Positions 26,125-36,194 are shown, counted from the stretch's first letter. The stretch: DNA of 64,000 nucleotides from an uncultured virus (IMG/VR IMGVR_UViG_3300044642_001197) (IMGVR_UViG_3300044642_001197); one strand, 5' to 3'. Notes: generated by a model not told the origin, from the letters alone. A program made the numbers and translations.

Positions 26125-26856
26125 TTACTTCAACCCTGCGAAAAAAGAAGACGCTTCCGCGCTGTTGCGCCCGGCATATTTCAGGATCGGTGAATACCAG
26201 GAGTTCTTCGTGTTTTTCTTGAGTTCGGTGGACAGCATGAACCGCCCCGTGTGCAGGCCCTCCCTCAACAGGGTGGTCCGCGCCGTAATCAGCGTGCGCC
26301 CGGCCGAAGTGAACGCGCTTCCTTTTAGTGTCCACATCGCACAGCCATACATCTTGCCTTCGTGCTCAAACGGGAAGAGGGGTTCGAGTTCTTCCGGGCA
26401 CTCGTCGGGTTTGACGATGGCCACCTGCACATGGGCCACCTCCGTGTAGTAATTGTCGTCACCCCATTGCAGGGAGCCGCCGGAAAGCCGCACGTCTTCT
26501 GCTTTTTCAAACACCAGCGCGGTTTCCTCGCTCCCGTAGGGGAGATCCTGCTGGTAGACTTTCTTGAGCCGCAGCGGCACAATTTCCACGGGAGTTTTAC
26601 CGGTTGTGAGCACTACCTCTTTGTTGAAGAGGATGCTGCCGGGGGTGAAGAGGTTGCTCAAGTCGCCCACTTTTTGGACGATGTTGACGCGGGGCAACCG
26701 GATGTCGGAGCGGACGATTTCACCCTCCAGGTCGGTTTCCTCAAGGGGGACTGCCAGAGCTTTGGATTCAATGATTGCGGGAGTTTGAGTCACAACGGTT
26801 TGTTCCCCAGTGGTTTCAGCTTTTGCGAGTGCGTCTTTGAATGAATGTGTAGCCAT
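26125..26856 (-). CDS. putative ssDNA-binding/recombination protein
   Basis: SDIRLPRVNIVQ motif; position between the nuclease and the polymerase. Confidence 0.5.
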   Translation of the reverse strand: MATHSFKDALAKAETTGEQTVVTQTPAIIESKALAVPLEETDLEGEIVRSDIRLPRVNIVQKVGDLSNLFTPGSILFNKEVVLTTGKTPVEIVPLRLKKVYQQDLPYGSEETALVFEKAEDVRLSGGSLQWGDDNYYTEVAHVQVAIVKPDECPEELEPLFPFEHEGKMYGCAMWTLKGSAFTSAGRTLITARTTLLREGLHTGRFMLSTELKKNTKNSWYSPILKYAGRNSAEASSFFAGLK

Positions 26857-26863
26857 AGTGTTG

Positions 26864-29347
26864 TTAGTTTTTTACTGCGCGCAGGTAGGTGCTACTGCCT
26901 TCCTCCTTTAGGACACCTGCATCCCTCAGAAGGTTTTCGAGCATCTGCTTGGATCGGCCTTTCTTGCCTTTCTCCGCAGTCGCCGCGAAATTCTTTTCCA
27001 GCTCGGTGATCGAGATCCGGCTCACCGAAGCCATAAAATTCTCCGCCGTCATGACGTGTTTGACCGCCTCCCAAGCTCCGAAAGCACTGGTCACCGAGCG
27101 CGGGGCGCTCCGTTCGGTTTTCTCGTAGCCTGGGATATCCACCCCTTCGTAAAGAGCCAGCCGCAACGCTTCGTCGCGCAGTTTGACGGCCCACTTCTCC
27201 ATGATCGACGCCTTGGTCAGCAGCCTCCCAATCGTGGCCGGGTCTTTCATGTCTAGCCCGAGGCTTTCTGCGGTGCCCTCGGCGTTCTCCGCCAGCCTCT
27301 CTGTGGCCGCGATCGTGAGCGCCACAGAAGCCAGCGCCGGGCAGGAACCCTTCTTGCCGCAGAACTCGCAGCCTTTCGGGGTCGCGTTGAAAATCTCCTT
27401 GGCCTCGGCGCGGGCGATGATCGTCGAGATCCGCAGCTTGACGCGTTCGTAGTCGGCGCCTCGCGAAAACACGTGGCGGCTCACCTCATCCCGGCGGGGG
27501 AGAAGCAAGTGCCCCTCGATCGTGTCCACCTGCGGGAACCGATCCCAGACCCCCAGCATGTAGGCCCAGAGCTGCGCGTTGATCTCCGCATCGGGCACCG
27601 ACCGGCGCCCCGTCTTGTAGTCCACCACGTCAGCGTGGGAACCCCGGATGCCGATCCAGTCCACCGTGCCGTATTGGTCCAGCACGTTGAGCCGCTGCTC
27701 CTTGAGCACGATTGTTCCCGGTTGTTTCAACCCCTCCGTGTAGTTGAGGCACATCTCCGCCACCAAGTAATCCTCCCCGTCGAGCTTGGTGAGATCCTCC
27801 ATCTCGATGCACTCATGAATCCGCGTGCCTCGGTCCGCTGCGGACGTGTCTTTCTCCGGGTCCTCGTCGTTCTCCCAGTTGGGGCAGATCTCCCGGTAAG
27901 TCAGCGAACTCGGGGAATACCGTGCGTGTGCCCGGGCGGCGTGATCCACCTCAGCGGAGGCGGGCTCCGGGGTTGGTGCGGGTTGCGGCGGGTTGCTTAA
28001 ACCCGAGCACAAAGAAGGCGGTTCGACGGGCATGTTTTGTTTTTCAACGCTGTCTTCCGGCGCCGCGGCTGTCAACCCACCGCCTTCGTTGATCGTTTCG
28101 ATGTTCTTCATTTTCTCTCTCAGAGCTTTTTCTACAGTTTCCTCGATCGTTCCCGCCGCGAACAAAATGCGTTGCAGCGACGGGGTTTTGCCTCCGGCGC
28201 GGTGCACTCGGCCCACGACCTGCAGCAGTTCTTTTGCGTTCCAGCTTGGTGAAATCAGCGCCGCTCGCGGGTGCCCGCCATGCACGTCGTGTAGGCTTAC
28301 CCCCACGCCGCCTGCGGCGATGTTGCACACGATGACCCGGGAGGTGTTGTCCTGGAACTCCCGGATCGCCTGAGAGCGTTCCCCGGGGAGTTGGCCTCCA
28401 TGCACCTTGCACCGCGTCTGCATCCGCTCGCAGATCGCGTGCAGGGTCGCGTCGAAGTTCACAAACAGCGCCACGCTCCGGCCTTCCCGCAGCAAATCTT
28501 CCGCCGTGTCCACCATCGTCGGCACTTTGAGCAGTTCCACCTGTTGGCGGGCCCGGAGCTGGGCGATGAGAGCCTTCGCAGCCGGGTTGGTGGAATCGTC
28601 GGCCATCTCCTCCTTGAGGGCTTCCACCTCGGCCTCCATCTCGGCGTAGAGCTTGGGGATGTCCTCGTTGCCGAAATCCAGCGGGGTGGTGATGATCTGG
28701 GTCTCGGTGAAGTGCTCCGACAAATCCTCGTGGGTGAGACGACTGCCTCGGCCTTCCCCGAAGATGGTCGCGTGGATTTTCGCCAGCGCCTCCTTGGCCC
28801 CCTTGAACTCCATAGCGCCCCAAGGGTTGGGCTTGCACCCGTGCCGTTTGAGCCATGTGTAAAAGTCCGTCAGGTTATGCAGCCCCAGCACGAAGCCCAG
28901 GGCGCGCATCTCGGTGGGGTCCTCCGCGGCGGTGGCCGACAACGCGAGGTTCACAAAGGGCTTCGCCGCGACCAGCATCTTGCCGTTCTGCGAAGTCATC
29001 CCCATGCACTTCTGGACTTCGTCCCAGATCAACAACGTGTTCTCCGGGATCGACCACGCCCATTTGCGCTGCGTAAACCGCCCGAGCGGCGTGTTCCCGG
29101 CGCGCAACTTTTCGTAGTTCACCACCGTGGCCTCCACCTCGTGGGCGGTCAGCTCGGCCTTCCACGCAGGCACCAACGCCTTCGGGCAGATCACCACCAC
29201 GGGCAGCTCCAGCTCCAGGGCAATGTGAACGCCCACAAGCGTTTTGCCGCATCCGGTCTCGCTTGCGTCCAGAGCCGCGCGGCGTTGTTTGAGCGACGCG
29301 ACCAGAGTATTCGCGTGACGCCGTTGGACAGGGTAGAGTTGCTTCAC
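26864..29347 (-). CDS. SF2 (SNF2-like) helicase fused to a Cas4-like PD-(D/E)XK nuclease
   Basis: TGCGKT, DEVQ, SAT, Q..GRVHR; then SPSS...C, GT.IH, GTVD, DYKTG, QL..Y, CEFC.....CP. Confidence 0.85.
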   Translation of the reverse strand: MKQLYPVQRRHANTLVASLKQRRAALDASETGCGKTLVGVHIALELELPVVVICPKALVPAWKAELTAHEVEATVVNYEKLRAGNTPLGRFTQRKWAWSIPENTLLIWDEVQKCMGMTSQNGKMLVAAKPFVNLALSATAAEDPTEMRALGFVLGLHNLTDFYTWLKRHGCKPNPWGAMEFKGAKEALAKIHATIFGEGRGSRLTHEDLSEHFTETQIITTPLDFGNEDIPKLYAEMEAEVEALKEEMADDSTNPAAKALIAQLRARQQVELLKVPTMVDTAEDLLREGRSVALFVNFDATLHAICERMQTRCKVHGGQLPGERSQAIREFQDNTSRVIVCNIAAGGVGVSLHDVHGGHPRAALISPSWNAKELLQVVGRVHRAGGKTPSLQRILFAAGTIEETVEKALREKMKNIETINEGGGLTAAAPEDSVEKQNMPVEPPSLCSGLSNPPQPAPTPEPASAEVDHAARAHARYSPSSLTYREICPNWENDEDPEKDTSAADRGTRIHECIEMEDLTKLDGEDYLVAEMCLNYTEGLKQPGTIVLKEQRLNVLDQYGTVDWIGIRGSHADVVDYKTGRRSVPDAEINAQLWAYMLGVWDRFPQVDTIEGHLLLPRRDEVSRHVFSRGADYERVKLRISTIIARAEAKEIFNATPKGCEFCGKKGSCPALASVALTIAATERLAENAEGTAESLGLDMKDPATIGRLLTKASIMEKWAVKLRDEALRLALYEGVDIPGYEKTERSAPRSVTSAFGAWEAVKHVMTAENFMASVSRISITELEKNFAATAEKGKKGRSKQMLENLLRDAGVLKEEGSSTYLRAVKN

Positions 29348-29808
29348 AGCAGCCCTTTCCTAGCCGCCTCACAAATCAGCAGCGCATCCGCCGTGGCCAA
29401 CGTCACCTTGAGGTGCGGGTTGAGCTGTTCGGCCATGTTCTTGAGCTTGTTTTTCCACTCGGTCTTGGACATCCCGCGGCTGCTCCCAAGCCCTAGGGCT
29501 TTCTGCCATTTCTGCGGCGGCACAAGCACCAGCCGGATCTGTTTGGCCACAATCACGCCCCGCAGAAACCCCCACGAACTCGCATACGCAGCCATCGAGG
29601 AGGAGGGCATGTTGGTGCCTGCAAACTTCACGATGTCCTCCAAGTAAGCGGTGGTCTCGCCCAAATTTGCCACGTCCTCGATTACTTCGAGCAACCCGCG
29701 ATCGGTGGGTGGGAGGTTTTGCGCGGTGGTGTTTTTCGTCTCCCCCCAGTAGATGGCGACGCCGCCGTTTTTTCCCGGGTCAAAAGCGATGATGTTCCCG
29801 TCGCTCAT
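29344..29808 (-). CDS. RuvC-like Holliday junction resolvase
   Basis: AFDPGKNGG, YLE, PQKWQK, ADALLI. Confidence 0.75.
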   Translation of the reverse strand: MSDGNIIAFDPGKNGGVAIYWGETKNTTAQNLPPTDRGLLEVIEDVANLGETTAYLEDIVKFAGTNMPSSSMAAYASSWGFLRGVIVAKQIRLVLVPPQKWQKALGLGSSRGMSKTEWKNKLKNMAEQLNPHLKVTLATADALLICEAARKGLL

Positions 29809-30128
29809 TGCGCGCCCTCCACGGTTATTACAACCCTGTGCTGACACCCGCCATACCGCACAAGCTTGAGGTCCAGCTCGTCCTCCAGGACGAAATAGAG
29901 AGCGGGCGCCGCCCCTGGCTTGACCCTATCAAAACGCGGCGATTTTGCGACGTAGCGTATTGCCTGCTTGTCGTACATGCAGGTAGCCGAAATGACTACC
30001 ATCCCGCTAAGAAGTTTAGCGACCTGAGCTAGCCGCAAATTGATAACTGACCACGGAATGTAAAACAGGCCGTCGTTATATTCTTTGCGGGTTTGGTGAT
30101 CGTAATTCGAGAATAGGTCCAGGTTCAT
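29805..30128 (-). CDS. hypothetical protein
   Basis: ATGA-coupled on both sides. Confidence 0.55.
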   Translation of the reverse strand: MNLDLFSNYDHQTRKEYNDGLFYIPWSVINLRLAQVAKLLSGMVVISATCMYDKQAIRYVAKSPRFDRVKPGAAPALYFVLEDELDLKLVRYGGCQHRVVITVEGAQ

Positions 30129-30475
30129 TGCGCGCCCCCTTGGGTGCGTGCGGGTTGCTTCAACCTTGCGCGCTGGCGCGCTCTCCGCGCCGCGGGGCTG
30201 CCTCCGTCGGTGAGCCATTGCTGGAGATCCTGTTCCCGGAACCTCAGCATCCCGCCCACTTTCGAGTAGGGTAGGGGGTTGCGCTTCTGGCGCATATAGT
30301 TGGCGATGCTCCGCATACTGGTTCCCAAGCGGCTTGCCACACCGGCCACGTCGTAGATCGCCTCGGTGTCGTTCTCGGGGAGATGGGTTACGTCATCGAG
30401 TTCGAGTTGCACCCGGCCCTCCGGCAGCACCGAGACCCGGAATGCACGGGCCTCAAGGATTACTTTTGTGTGCAT
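30125..30475 (-). CDS. excisionase-like HTH protein
   Basis: YDVAGVASRLGTSMRSI...LPYSKVGGMLRFREQDLQQW. Confidence 0.75.
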   Translation of the reverse strand: MHTKVILEARAFRVSVLPEGRVQLELDDVTHLPENDTEAIYDVAGVASRLGTSMRSIANYMRQKRNPLPYSKVGGMLRFREQDLQQWLTDGGSPAARRARQRARLKQPARTQGGAQ

Positions 30476-30609
30476 AGCGTCAGGGTGGCGCGGCGGATGA
30501 TTTCGGAGAGGGACACGCCTTCTTTACGGGCGATTTTTTTGAGGTCGCCCAAGACATCATTTGGGAGAGCGACAGTGAGGCGTTTGCGCGGGGTGGCGGT
30601 GTTCTGCAT
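30460..30609 (-). CDS. CopG/ribbon-helix-helix protein (49 aa, not in ORF track)
   Basis: KRLTVALPNDVLGDLKKIARKEGVSLSEIIRRA. Confidence 0.75.
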   Translation of the reverse strand: MQNTATPRKRLTVALPNDVLGDLKKIARKEGVSLSEIIRRATLTLCTQK

Positions 30610-30743
30610 TGAATAGGTGTGGGTGTGTTTCTGTTAGTTACTTCAACCTAGTAGCCTAATAGCCTAATAGGCTGTTGGTTTTTCTGGCCCCGTTCCGGGG
30701 CGGAGATTGTTTTCTGACCGGTCCGGCGTCTGGGTTAGACGCG

Positions 30744-30968
30744 TTATTCGGGCTGCTTCCGGTTTTTCCGGGGTTTCCGCTTGGGTTTCTGAGTAAACTG
30801 CACGTCGCTGCCGTCTTTGTGCGCGGCCACGTATTTATACGTCGCCTCGCGGATCAGCGAGGCAATCGAGCAGTGCGTGCGCGCCGCCAAATCCTGCAGA
30901 GTTTTTTCGACTTCGAAGTCCTCCAGGTAGGAGACCCGAGTCCGGTCGTCGGCTTTTTGATTAGGCAT
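30744..30968 (-). CDS. ribbon-helix-helix-like regulator
   Basis: RTRVSYL...LQDLAARTHCSIASLIREA, with a basic tail. Confidence 0.65.
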   Translation of the reverse strand: MPNQKADDRTRVSYLEDFEVEKTLQDLAARTHCSIASLIREATYKYVAAHKDGSDVQFTQKPKRKPRKNRKQPE

Positions 30969-31006
30969 AGGTTTGCTGTTTGGTGTATGCAACCTAGCGC
31001 AAGTTT

Positions 31007-32185
31007 TCAGCGTTTTGCAATAGAAAACCACTTTTTTGCCGAACTTTCTGTCACCAGCGCCTTGTAGGACCTTTGCACTTCGCTGGGCGAGTTTCCGCAT
31101 TGCTCGGCCACGGCGTCCGCGTTGCGCTCCAGAGCCATGGCATAGGAGATGTAGGAGTGCCGAAGCCCGTTGTGCACCCATTCCACGCCCGCGTCCTGCG
31201 CCGCCTTGTTGGTCTTGAGATAGGGTTTTGTCGTGGCCAGGATCTTGCCTGTCCGGCCTTTGAATGGCAGCAGCCATGTCATCAGGTTCGGGCGGATCAT
31301 CGCCGTCCGGCGCCGCTGCTTTTTGGTGATCTTCTTGTTGAGCACGATGAGCCCCTCGTCCCAGTCGATGCTCTCCCACCGTAACCGGCCCAATTCCGCC
31401 GAGCGCACCCCGGCAAACGCGCCGATCGCCAAGAACGGCTGAATCTCCGGGTCCGCGGCGTTGAGCAGTTTCTCGAACGGCTCCGGCTCAAAGACGCCCG
31501 GCTCCGCGTCGCCCTTGGCTGAGAACTTCTCCGTCTTGTGCATCACCGTGTTGGCGTCCTCGGGCACAAGGTGACGGTCGCGGGCCCAATTCCAGAGCGA
31601 GATCAAAGTGAGCCGGTGATTGTGCTTGGTGCGGCTCGATGAACCCACACCGGCCAAGTATTGGTTGAGCTGGTCTACTGTGATCGTGTGGAGGGGCTGG
31701 TGGAACGATTCGCGGAACCGGTTCATGTGGGAACGCAGCGTCTCGATGTGGCGCCGGTGCTCCTCGGGCACCTTGCCCTCGGCATCCCGCACCTTGGCCA
31801 GCTTGGCCTCGTAGTATTGTTTTGCCACCTCGTCGGCCCGCGCCGACTGCACCTGCATTTTCTTGTTGTGGGCCAGATAGAAATCCACCGCATCCATGAG
31901 CGGCACCCCCTCCAGTTTCTCCTCGCACGAACGCCAGTAGAGGAACAGCGCCGTGGGGGTTTCCGAGCGTTCCACCCGGCCCTGACGGTAATCCTCAAGG
32001 ATCTCCTCCGCGCGGGTCTGGGCGTCCACAAAGTCCGAGAAGCTCTCGCGCTTGCGTTTGCCGCCCGCCTTCCACGCCACGACATGGGTGATCCAGTTCT
32101 CGCGGTTCACGCATCGGTAGATTTTGACCTCTCCGAATTTGGATTTCAGGTGCATTGGAAAAACCTTCTCTTTGATCTTAGGCAT
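31007..32185 (-). CDS. int: tyrosine recombinase / integrase
   Basis: GVRSAEL (R), K, HNGLRHS (HxxR), CGNS, RSY (Y); start uncertain. Confidence 0.9.
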   Translation of the reverse strand: MPKIKEKVFPMHLKSKFGEVKIYRCVNRENWITHVVAWKAGGKRKRESFSDFVDAQTRAEEILEDYRQGRVERSETPTALFLYWRSCEEKLEGVPLMDAVDFYLAHNKKMQVQSARADEVAKQYYEAKLAKVRDAEGKVPEEHRRHIETLRSHMNRFRESFHQPLHTITVDQLNQYLAGVGSSSRTKHNHRLTLISLWNWARDRHLVPEDANTVMHKTEKFSAKGDAEPGVFEPEPFEKLLNAADPEIQPFLAIGAFAGVRSAELGRLRWESIDWDEGLIVLNKKITKKQRRRTAMIRPNLMTWLLPFKGRTGKILATTKPYLKTNKAAQDAGVEWVHNGLRHSYISYAMALERNADAVAEQCGNSPSEVQRSYKALVTESSAKKWFSIAKR

Positions 32186-32353
32186 GGCGGCTTTTGTGGG
32201 TTCTGTAAGGACAGATAAGGACACTTTTTTCCCTTAAAACAAGCAAAAGGTTGCATAAGTTTATGCGGGTTGAAGCGAAACCGGTATGCAAAATCAGCCC
32301 GCAAGTGGCTTATTCACAGGGATTTCCAGAGAATTGCGTGTGTACGCAAAAAA

Positions 32354-32378
32354 GCGGAGCCTACGGGACTCGAACCCG
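32354..32378 (-). other. attP core: 3' end of a tRNA (Asp-like)
   Basis: Minus strand reads CGGGTTCGAGTCCCGTAGGCTCCGC = T-arm plus acceptor 3' strand; no 5' half present; next to the integrase. Confidence 0.75.
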
Positions 32379-32487
32379 TTCGGGTTTTACAATTTACTCT
32401 AGGCGTTGTGCAAGGTTACTTCACGTAAAGACGGAATAAGGACAGTTTTTAGTGGAAAAAAGTGAGCAGTAGGTTTATGCAACCTGC

Positions 32488-35277
32488 GTGGCTCAAATTC
32501 GGAAATACGGTAAGCTGTGGGCGAATGGGATGACCGAGCTGGACATCGAGCTCTATTGCTTTCGGGAGGGGCTCTCGCCAGAAAACCAAGGACTCGGGAA
32601 GGCCGAACACTTCAAAAACGTGGTCCACAAGCTCTGGGGCCCTTCGAATCAATACAAGAAGTTCGTTTTCCACCCCTGGGCCGACGCGATGCTCGACGCC
32701 GCTTGCGAGTCTAAATACCTCGCCGTGGCGGGTTGTGCGTCGTCCGGGAAATGTTTGGCCCCGCATGTGCCCGTGTTGATGTTTGACGGGTCGGTGAAAC
32801 GGAACGACGAGGTCCGGGTCGGGGATCAACTGATGGGGCCCGACTCCAAACCGCGCACGGTTTTACGGGCGAACTCGGGGCGGTCGAATATGGTCCGGAT
32901 CGTCCCGGAAAAAGGCGAGCCGTGGGAATGTAACGATGACCACGTTCTCACCCTCAAGAGGGCTTGGTCCGGCGAATCGTCACAAGGGCGCGTCGGGGAG
33001 TTGGTGGACATCTCCGTCAAGGATTACCTCGCCAAAGGGCCCGCGTTTAAGGCGCGGTTTAAGTTGGTTTGCACTGGGGTGGAATTTCCAGAGCAGCCTG
33101 TGGAGTTTGATCCTCGGGTTTATGGCATTTGGCTTGGGGACGGGAGCACGAGCCGACCTATGTTCACGATTTCGATCGCGCACGACCCGTTGGTGGCTCA
33201 TTACGTCACGGAGAAGTTCACCGCGCTGGGTTATCGGGTGTCCACCAAGACTTACAGCAGCTCGTCTGCCGAGACGCTTTCAGTCCGTCAGCCCGGGACC
33301 AAGGGCAACGCGTTCTTGGATTTTGTGCGGCGCTCCTCCGGGATTCGCCAGGGGGACCCCACGAAGTTGGGAGAAAAACGGATTCTTCGGGAGTATTTAA
33401 TCAACAGTCGCCGGGTGCGAACGGAGTTGCTCGCCGGGATCATCGACACGGATGGTTACGCTGCCGGCACGTATTTTGAGGTGTCCTGCGCCCTGCCGGG
33501 TCTGACCGAGGACATCGCGTTTCTGGCCCGGTCCCTGGGGTTCCGGGTGGTGGTGAAGCCGCGCACGACCCGGGCCAACGGGAAGGAGTTTCCGTCTTTT
33601 CGGATCAACATTGCCGGGGACGTGACTCAGATCCCCACGCTTCGGAAGAAGTGCACGCTTAAACGGAAGCGGCACAACTCCGATTGCACTTCTTTCTCCA
33701 TTAAGCAGCTCGGGGAGGGGGACTGGTATGGGTTTACCTTGGACGGGGACGGCCGGTTTTTGCTTGGGGATTTCACCGTCACCCACAACTCGGATTTCTT
33801 TGCGATGTGGGCTCTGGTGAATTGGCTCTGCGCGCCCAAGCAGACGATGGTCATGGTTACCTCGACCACGCTCAAGGAATCCAGGCGCCGTATCTGGGGG
33901 TCGATCCGGGACTATTTTCAGGCGGTGCCTCGGCTTCCCGGGAAGGTGGTCGATTCGATGGGGCATATCCGCCTCGATGACGGTGGGACCGGCAAATACT
34001 CCGACAAATGCGGCGTCATCCTGGTGCCCTGCGAGAAGAGCAAGGAGAAGGCGGCGGTGGGAAAATTGATCGGGACCAAGAACGAACGGGTCATCTTGAT
34101 CGCGGATGAGTTGAGTGAACTGGTGGAGTCGATTTTGGAGGTGGCGTTGCCCGGTGGTAACTTGACCTCCAACGAATACTTTCAGTTGGTGGGGATGAGT
34201 AACCCCAAGTCCTACTACGACCCGTTTGGCAAGCTCGCCACTCCCAAAAACGGCTGGGAGAGCATCACCGTGGAGGACACGGAATGGGAGACGCTTTACG
34301 GGAAAGCCTTGCACTTCGACGCGCTCAAGAGCCCGAACGTGGTGTCGGGAGAGGTGCGCTACAAGTTCCTCCCCACGCAGAAGAAAATCGACGAGGCGTT
34401 GATGGACAGCGACGCCAACAGCGCGCGGTTCTACCGAATGATGCGCGGGTTCTGGTGTCCGGAGGGGGCGGAGGACAAGGTGTATTCCGAGTCGGAGATC
34501 CTGAAATTCGGGGCCATGTCGCGGGTGACTTGGGCCTCCGAGGGGACGCGGGTGGCGGCGCTGGACCCGGCGTTCACCAACGGGGGCGACCGGTCGGTGT
34601 TGTATTTCGGGACCTACGGGCAGAACGTGGACGGCCTGCCGGCGTTGTGTTTGGACCGGGCCGTCACACTCAACGAGGATGTGACCAACAAGACGGAGCC
34701 CCGCTCCTACCAGATCGCCCGCAAGTTCCGGGAGTTGTGCGAGGCGGAGGGGGTGGCTCCGCAGAACGCGGCGTTTGACGCTACCGGGGCAGGCATCGCC
34801 TTCGGGGACATTGTGCGGGTGGTGTGGAGCGATCGGGTGTTGAAGATCTTTTTCGGGGGCGCGGCCAGCACCCGACCGACGAGCCTGGGCGATCCCACGC
34901 CTGCCAACGAGCGGTATGTGAACCGGGTCTCGGAGATCTGGTTTTCGGGCAAGGAATTGATCCGGGGCAGGCAGCTCGGGGGAGTCACTCCGGAGCTGGT
35001 CAAGGAGTTGTGCGCGCGAAAATACACGACCCGCAAATCGGGCGTGTTGCGGATGTTGGTGGAGCCGAAGGAAGTAATGAAGGCGCACTACGGCATGAGC
35101 CCGGACCTCGCGGACGCGGCGATGATGTTGGTGGACCTGTGCAAACAACGGTTCGGGTTTGGCGCGGATGCGGCTTCTCAGCGCCCGGCGCTGGGGTCAG
35201 AGCAGCGGCCATGGCGCGCCATTTCCGAGCGGTTCCGGGCTGCGAAACGCGGGCGGCGCAACCTTGCGTTCAAATAG
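32488..35277 (+). CDS. terL: terminase large subunit with intein
   Basis: Walker A GCASSGK|S split by the intein; Walker B LIADE; SNP; RNase-H-like LDPA, DATG, SPDLADA. Confidence 0.9.
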   Translation: MAQIRKYGKLWANGMTELDIELYCFREGLSPENQGLGKAEHFKNVVHKLWGPSNQYKKFVFHPWADAMLDAACESKYLAVAGCASSGKCLAPHVPVLMFDGSVKRNDEVRVGDQLMGPDSKPRTVLRANSGRSNMVRIVPEKGEPWECNDDHVLTLKRAWSGESSQGRVGELVDISVKDYLAKGPAFKARFKLVCTGVEFPEQPVEFDPRVYGIWLGDGSTSRPMFTISIAHDPLVAHYVTEKFTALGYRVSTKTYSSSSAETLSVRQPGTKGNAFLDFVRRSSGIRQGDPTKLGEKRILREYLINSRRVRTELLAGIIDTDGYAAGTYFEVSCALPGLTEDIAFLARSLGFRVVVKPRTTRANGKEFPSFRINIAGDVTQIPTLRKKCTLKRKRHNSDCTSFSIKQLGEGDWYGFTLDGDGRFLLGDFTVTHNSDFFAMWALVNWLCAPKQTMVMVTSTTLKESRRRIWGSIRDYFQAVPRLPGKVVDSMGHIRLDDGGTGKYSDKCGVILVPCEKSKEKAAVGKLIGTKNERVILIADELSELVESILEVALPGGNLTSNEYFQLVGMSNPKSYYDPFGKLATPKNGWESITVEDTEWETLYGKALHFDALKSPNVVSGEVRYKFLPTQKKIDEALMDSDANSARFYRMMRGFWCPEGAEDKVYSESEILKFGAMSRVTWASEGTRVAALDPAFTNGGDRSVLYFGTYGQNVDGLPALCLDRAVTLNEDVTNKTEPRSYQIARKFRELCEAEGVAPQNAAFDATGAGIAFGDIVRVVWSDRVLKIFFGGAASTRPTSLGDPTPANERYVNRVSEIWFSGKELIRGRQLGGVTPELVKELCARKYTTRKSGVLRMLVEPKEVMKAHYGMSPDLADAAMMLVDLCKQRFGFGADAASQRPALGSEQRPWRAISERFRAAKRGRRNLAFK
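32752..33789 (+). mobile_element. intein with LAGLIDADG endonuclease in TerL (346 aa)
   Basis: GK|CLAPHVPVLMFDG...WLGDG...LAGIIDTDG...VTHN|S. Confidence 0.92.
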
Positions 35278-35318
35278 GGTGTTGCGTAACGACAGAAAAT
35301 CTGTCCTTACTGGTTCAC

Positions 35319-36191
35319 ATGCTCTTAGTTCTACCCGTTTCGAAGGCCGACTATCTGCTCGTGCCGAAGCTCGCCGCTGTGTTTGCCAAGCTCGGAGGAT
35401 TGTCCGAGCAAGACGCGTTGGTGGTCACCATTCCCGAGAACGTCAAGCTGGCGGAGGAATACGCCCGGCTTTTGACTCCCACCTTTCGAAAGGTGGACGT
35501 TCATCTACTGCAGGGGCAGTGCCCTGAGGGGTGGCCCCAAGCGTGCAATTTCTACTTTGCTCGCACGGCGCAATATCTGGAGTTCGAGCGGAAGATCGAG
35601 GAGCCGTGGTATTACTTCGAGGCGGACACCCTGCCACTCAAAGCCGGGTGGTTGGAGAAACTGGCCACCGAATACAATCTCGCGGGCAAGCCTTTCATGG
35701 GATGTTTGCAGGAGACCTATCGGAGTCTGCCCGACAGCAATGATGTAGTGGTGGACGGGGCCCACATGGTGGGGACCGGGATTTACCCTCCGCGCCTTTC
35801 GCAGTATTCGGTTTTGTATCGGTTCGCAGGCGCCGAGCCTTGGGATGTGTTGTGCCAGTGGGAAATTGCCCCACATCTGCACGCCACCAAGCTCATTCAG
35901 CATAACTGGGGCACGGTGAACTACACTCTGCAGAAAGACGGTAGCGTGACGTGTGAGGATCGGGAGGTTAATCGGTGGGGGATCAAACACGACAAACCCT
36001 TGAGCCCTGATGTGGTGTTGCTCCACGGCGTGAAAGACAGCTCGTTGGCGGATCTTGTTTTGGCGGATTTCTCCGTTGTGGCCCAGCCTGAGAAACCCGC
36101 GCCCGAGAAACCCGCCCCCACCGCTGAGAAGGCACCCAAACCCACAGGGGCGGTGTCCGCACTCGCCGCTTTGTCTCGGGCCACCGCTTAA
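35319..36191 (+). CDS. putative glycosyltransferase (GT-A-like)
   Basis: GWP..CN, YFEAD (DxD-like), PWD, LHGVKD. Confidence 0.5.
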   Translation: MLLVLPVSKADYLLVPKLAAVFAKLGGLSEQDALVVTIPENVKLAEEYARLLTPTFRKVDVHLLQGQCPEGWPQACNFYFARTAQYLEFERKIEEPWYYFEADTLPLKAGWLEKLATEYNLAGKPFMGCLQETYRSLPDSNDVVVDGAHMVGTGIYPPRLSQYSVLYRFAGAEPWDVLCQWEIAPHLHATKLIQHNWGTVNYTLQKDGSVTCEDREVNRWGIKHDKPLSPDVVLLHGVKDSSLADLVLADFSVVAQPEKPAPEKPAPTAEKAPKPTGAVSALAALSRATA

Positions 36192-36194
36192 ACC

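Noticed and set aside
26864..27950. Cas4-like domain as evidence of a CRISPR-Cas system
   Set aside because: It is a phage replication-module nuclease; no array, cas1 or cas2 is present.
29805..30137. Repeated TCATTGCGCGCCC at both ends of the 29805-30128 gene as a mobile-element target duplication
   Set aside because: It matches a common phage stop/start coupling motif (GGxGCGCAATGA); no transposase or terminal repeats are present.
32330..32430. Complete tRNA gene
   Set aside because: Only the T-arm and acceptor 3' strand are present; treated as the att core.
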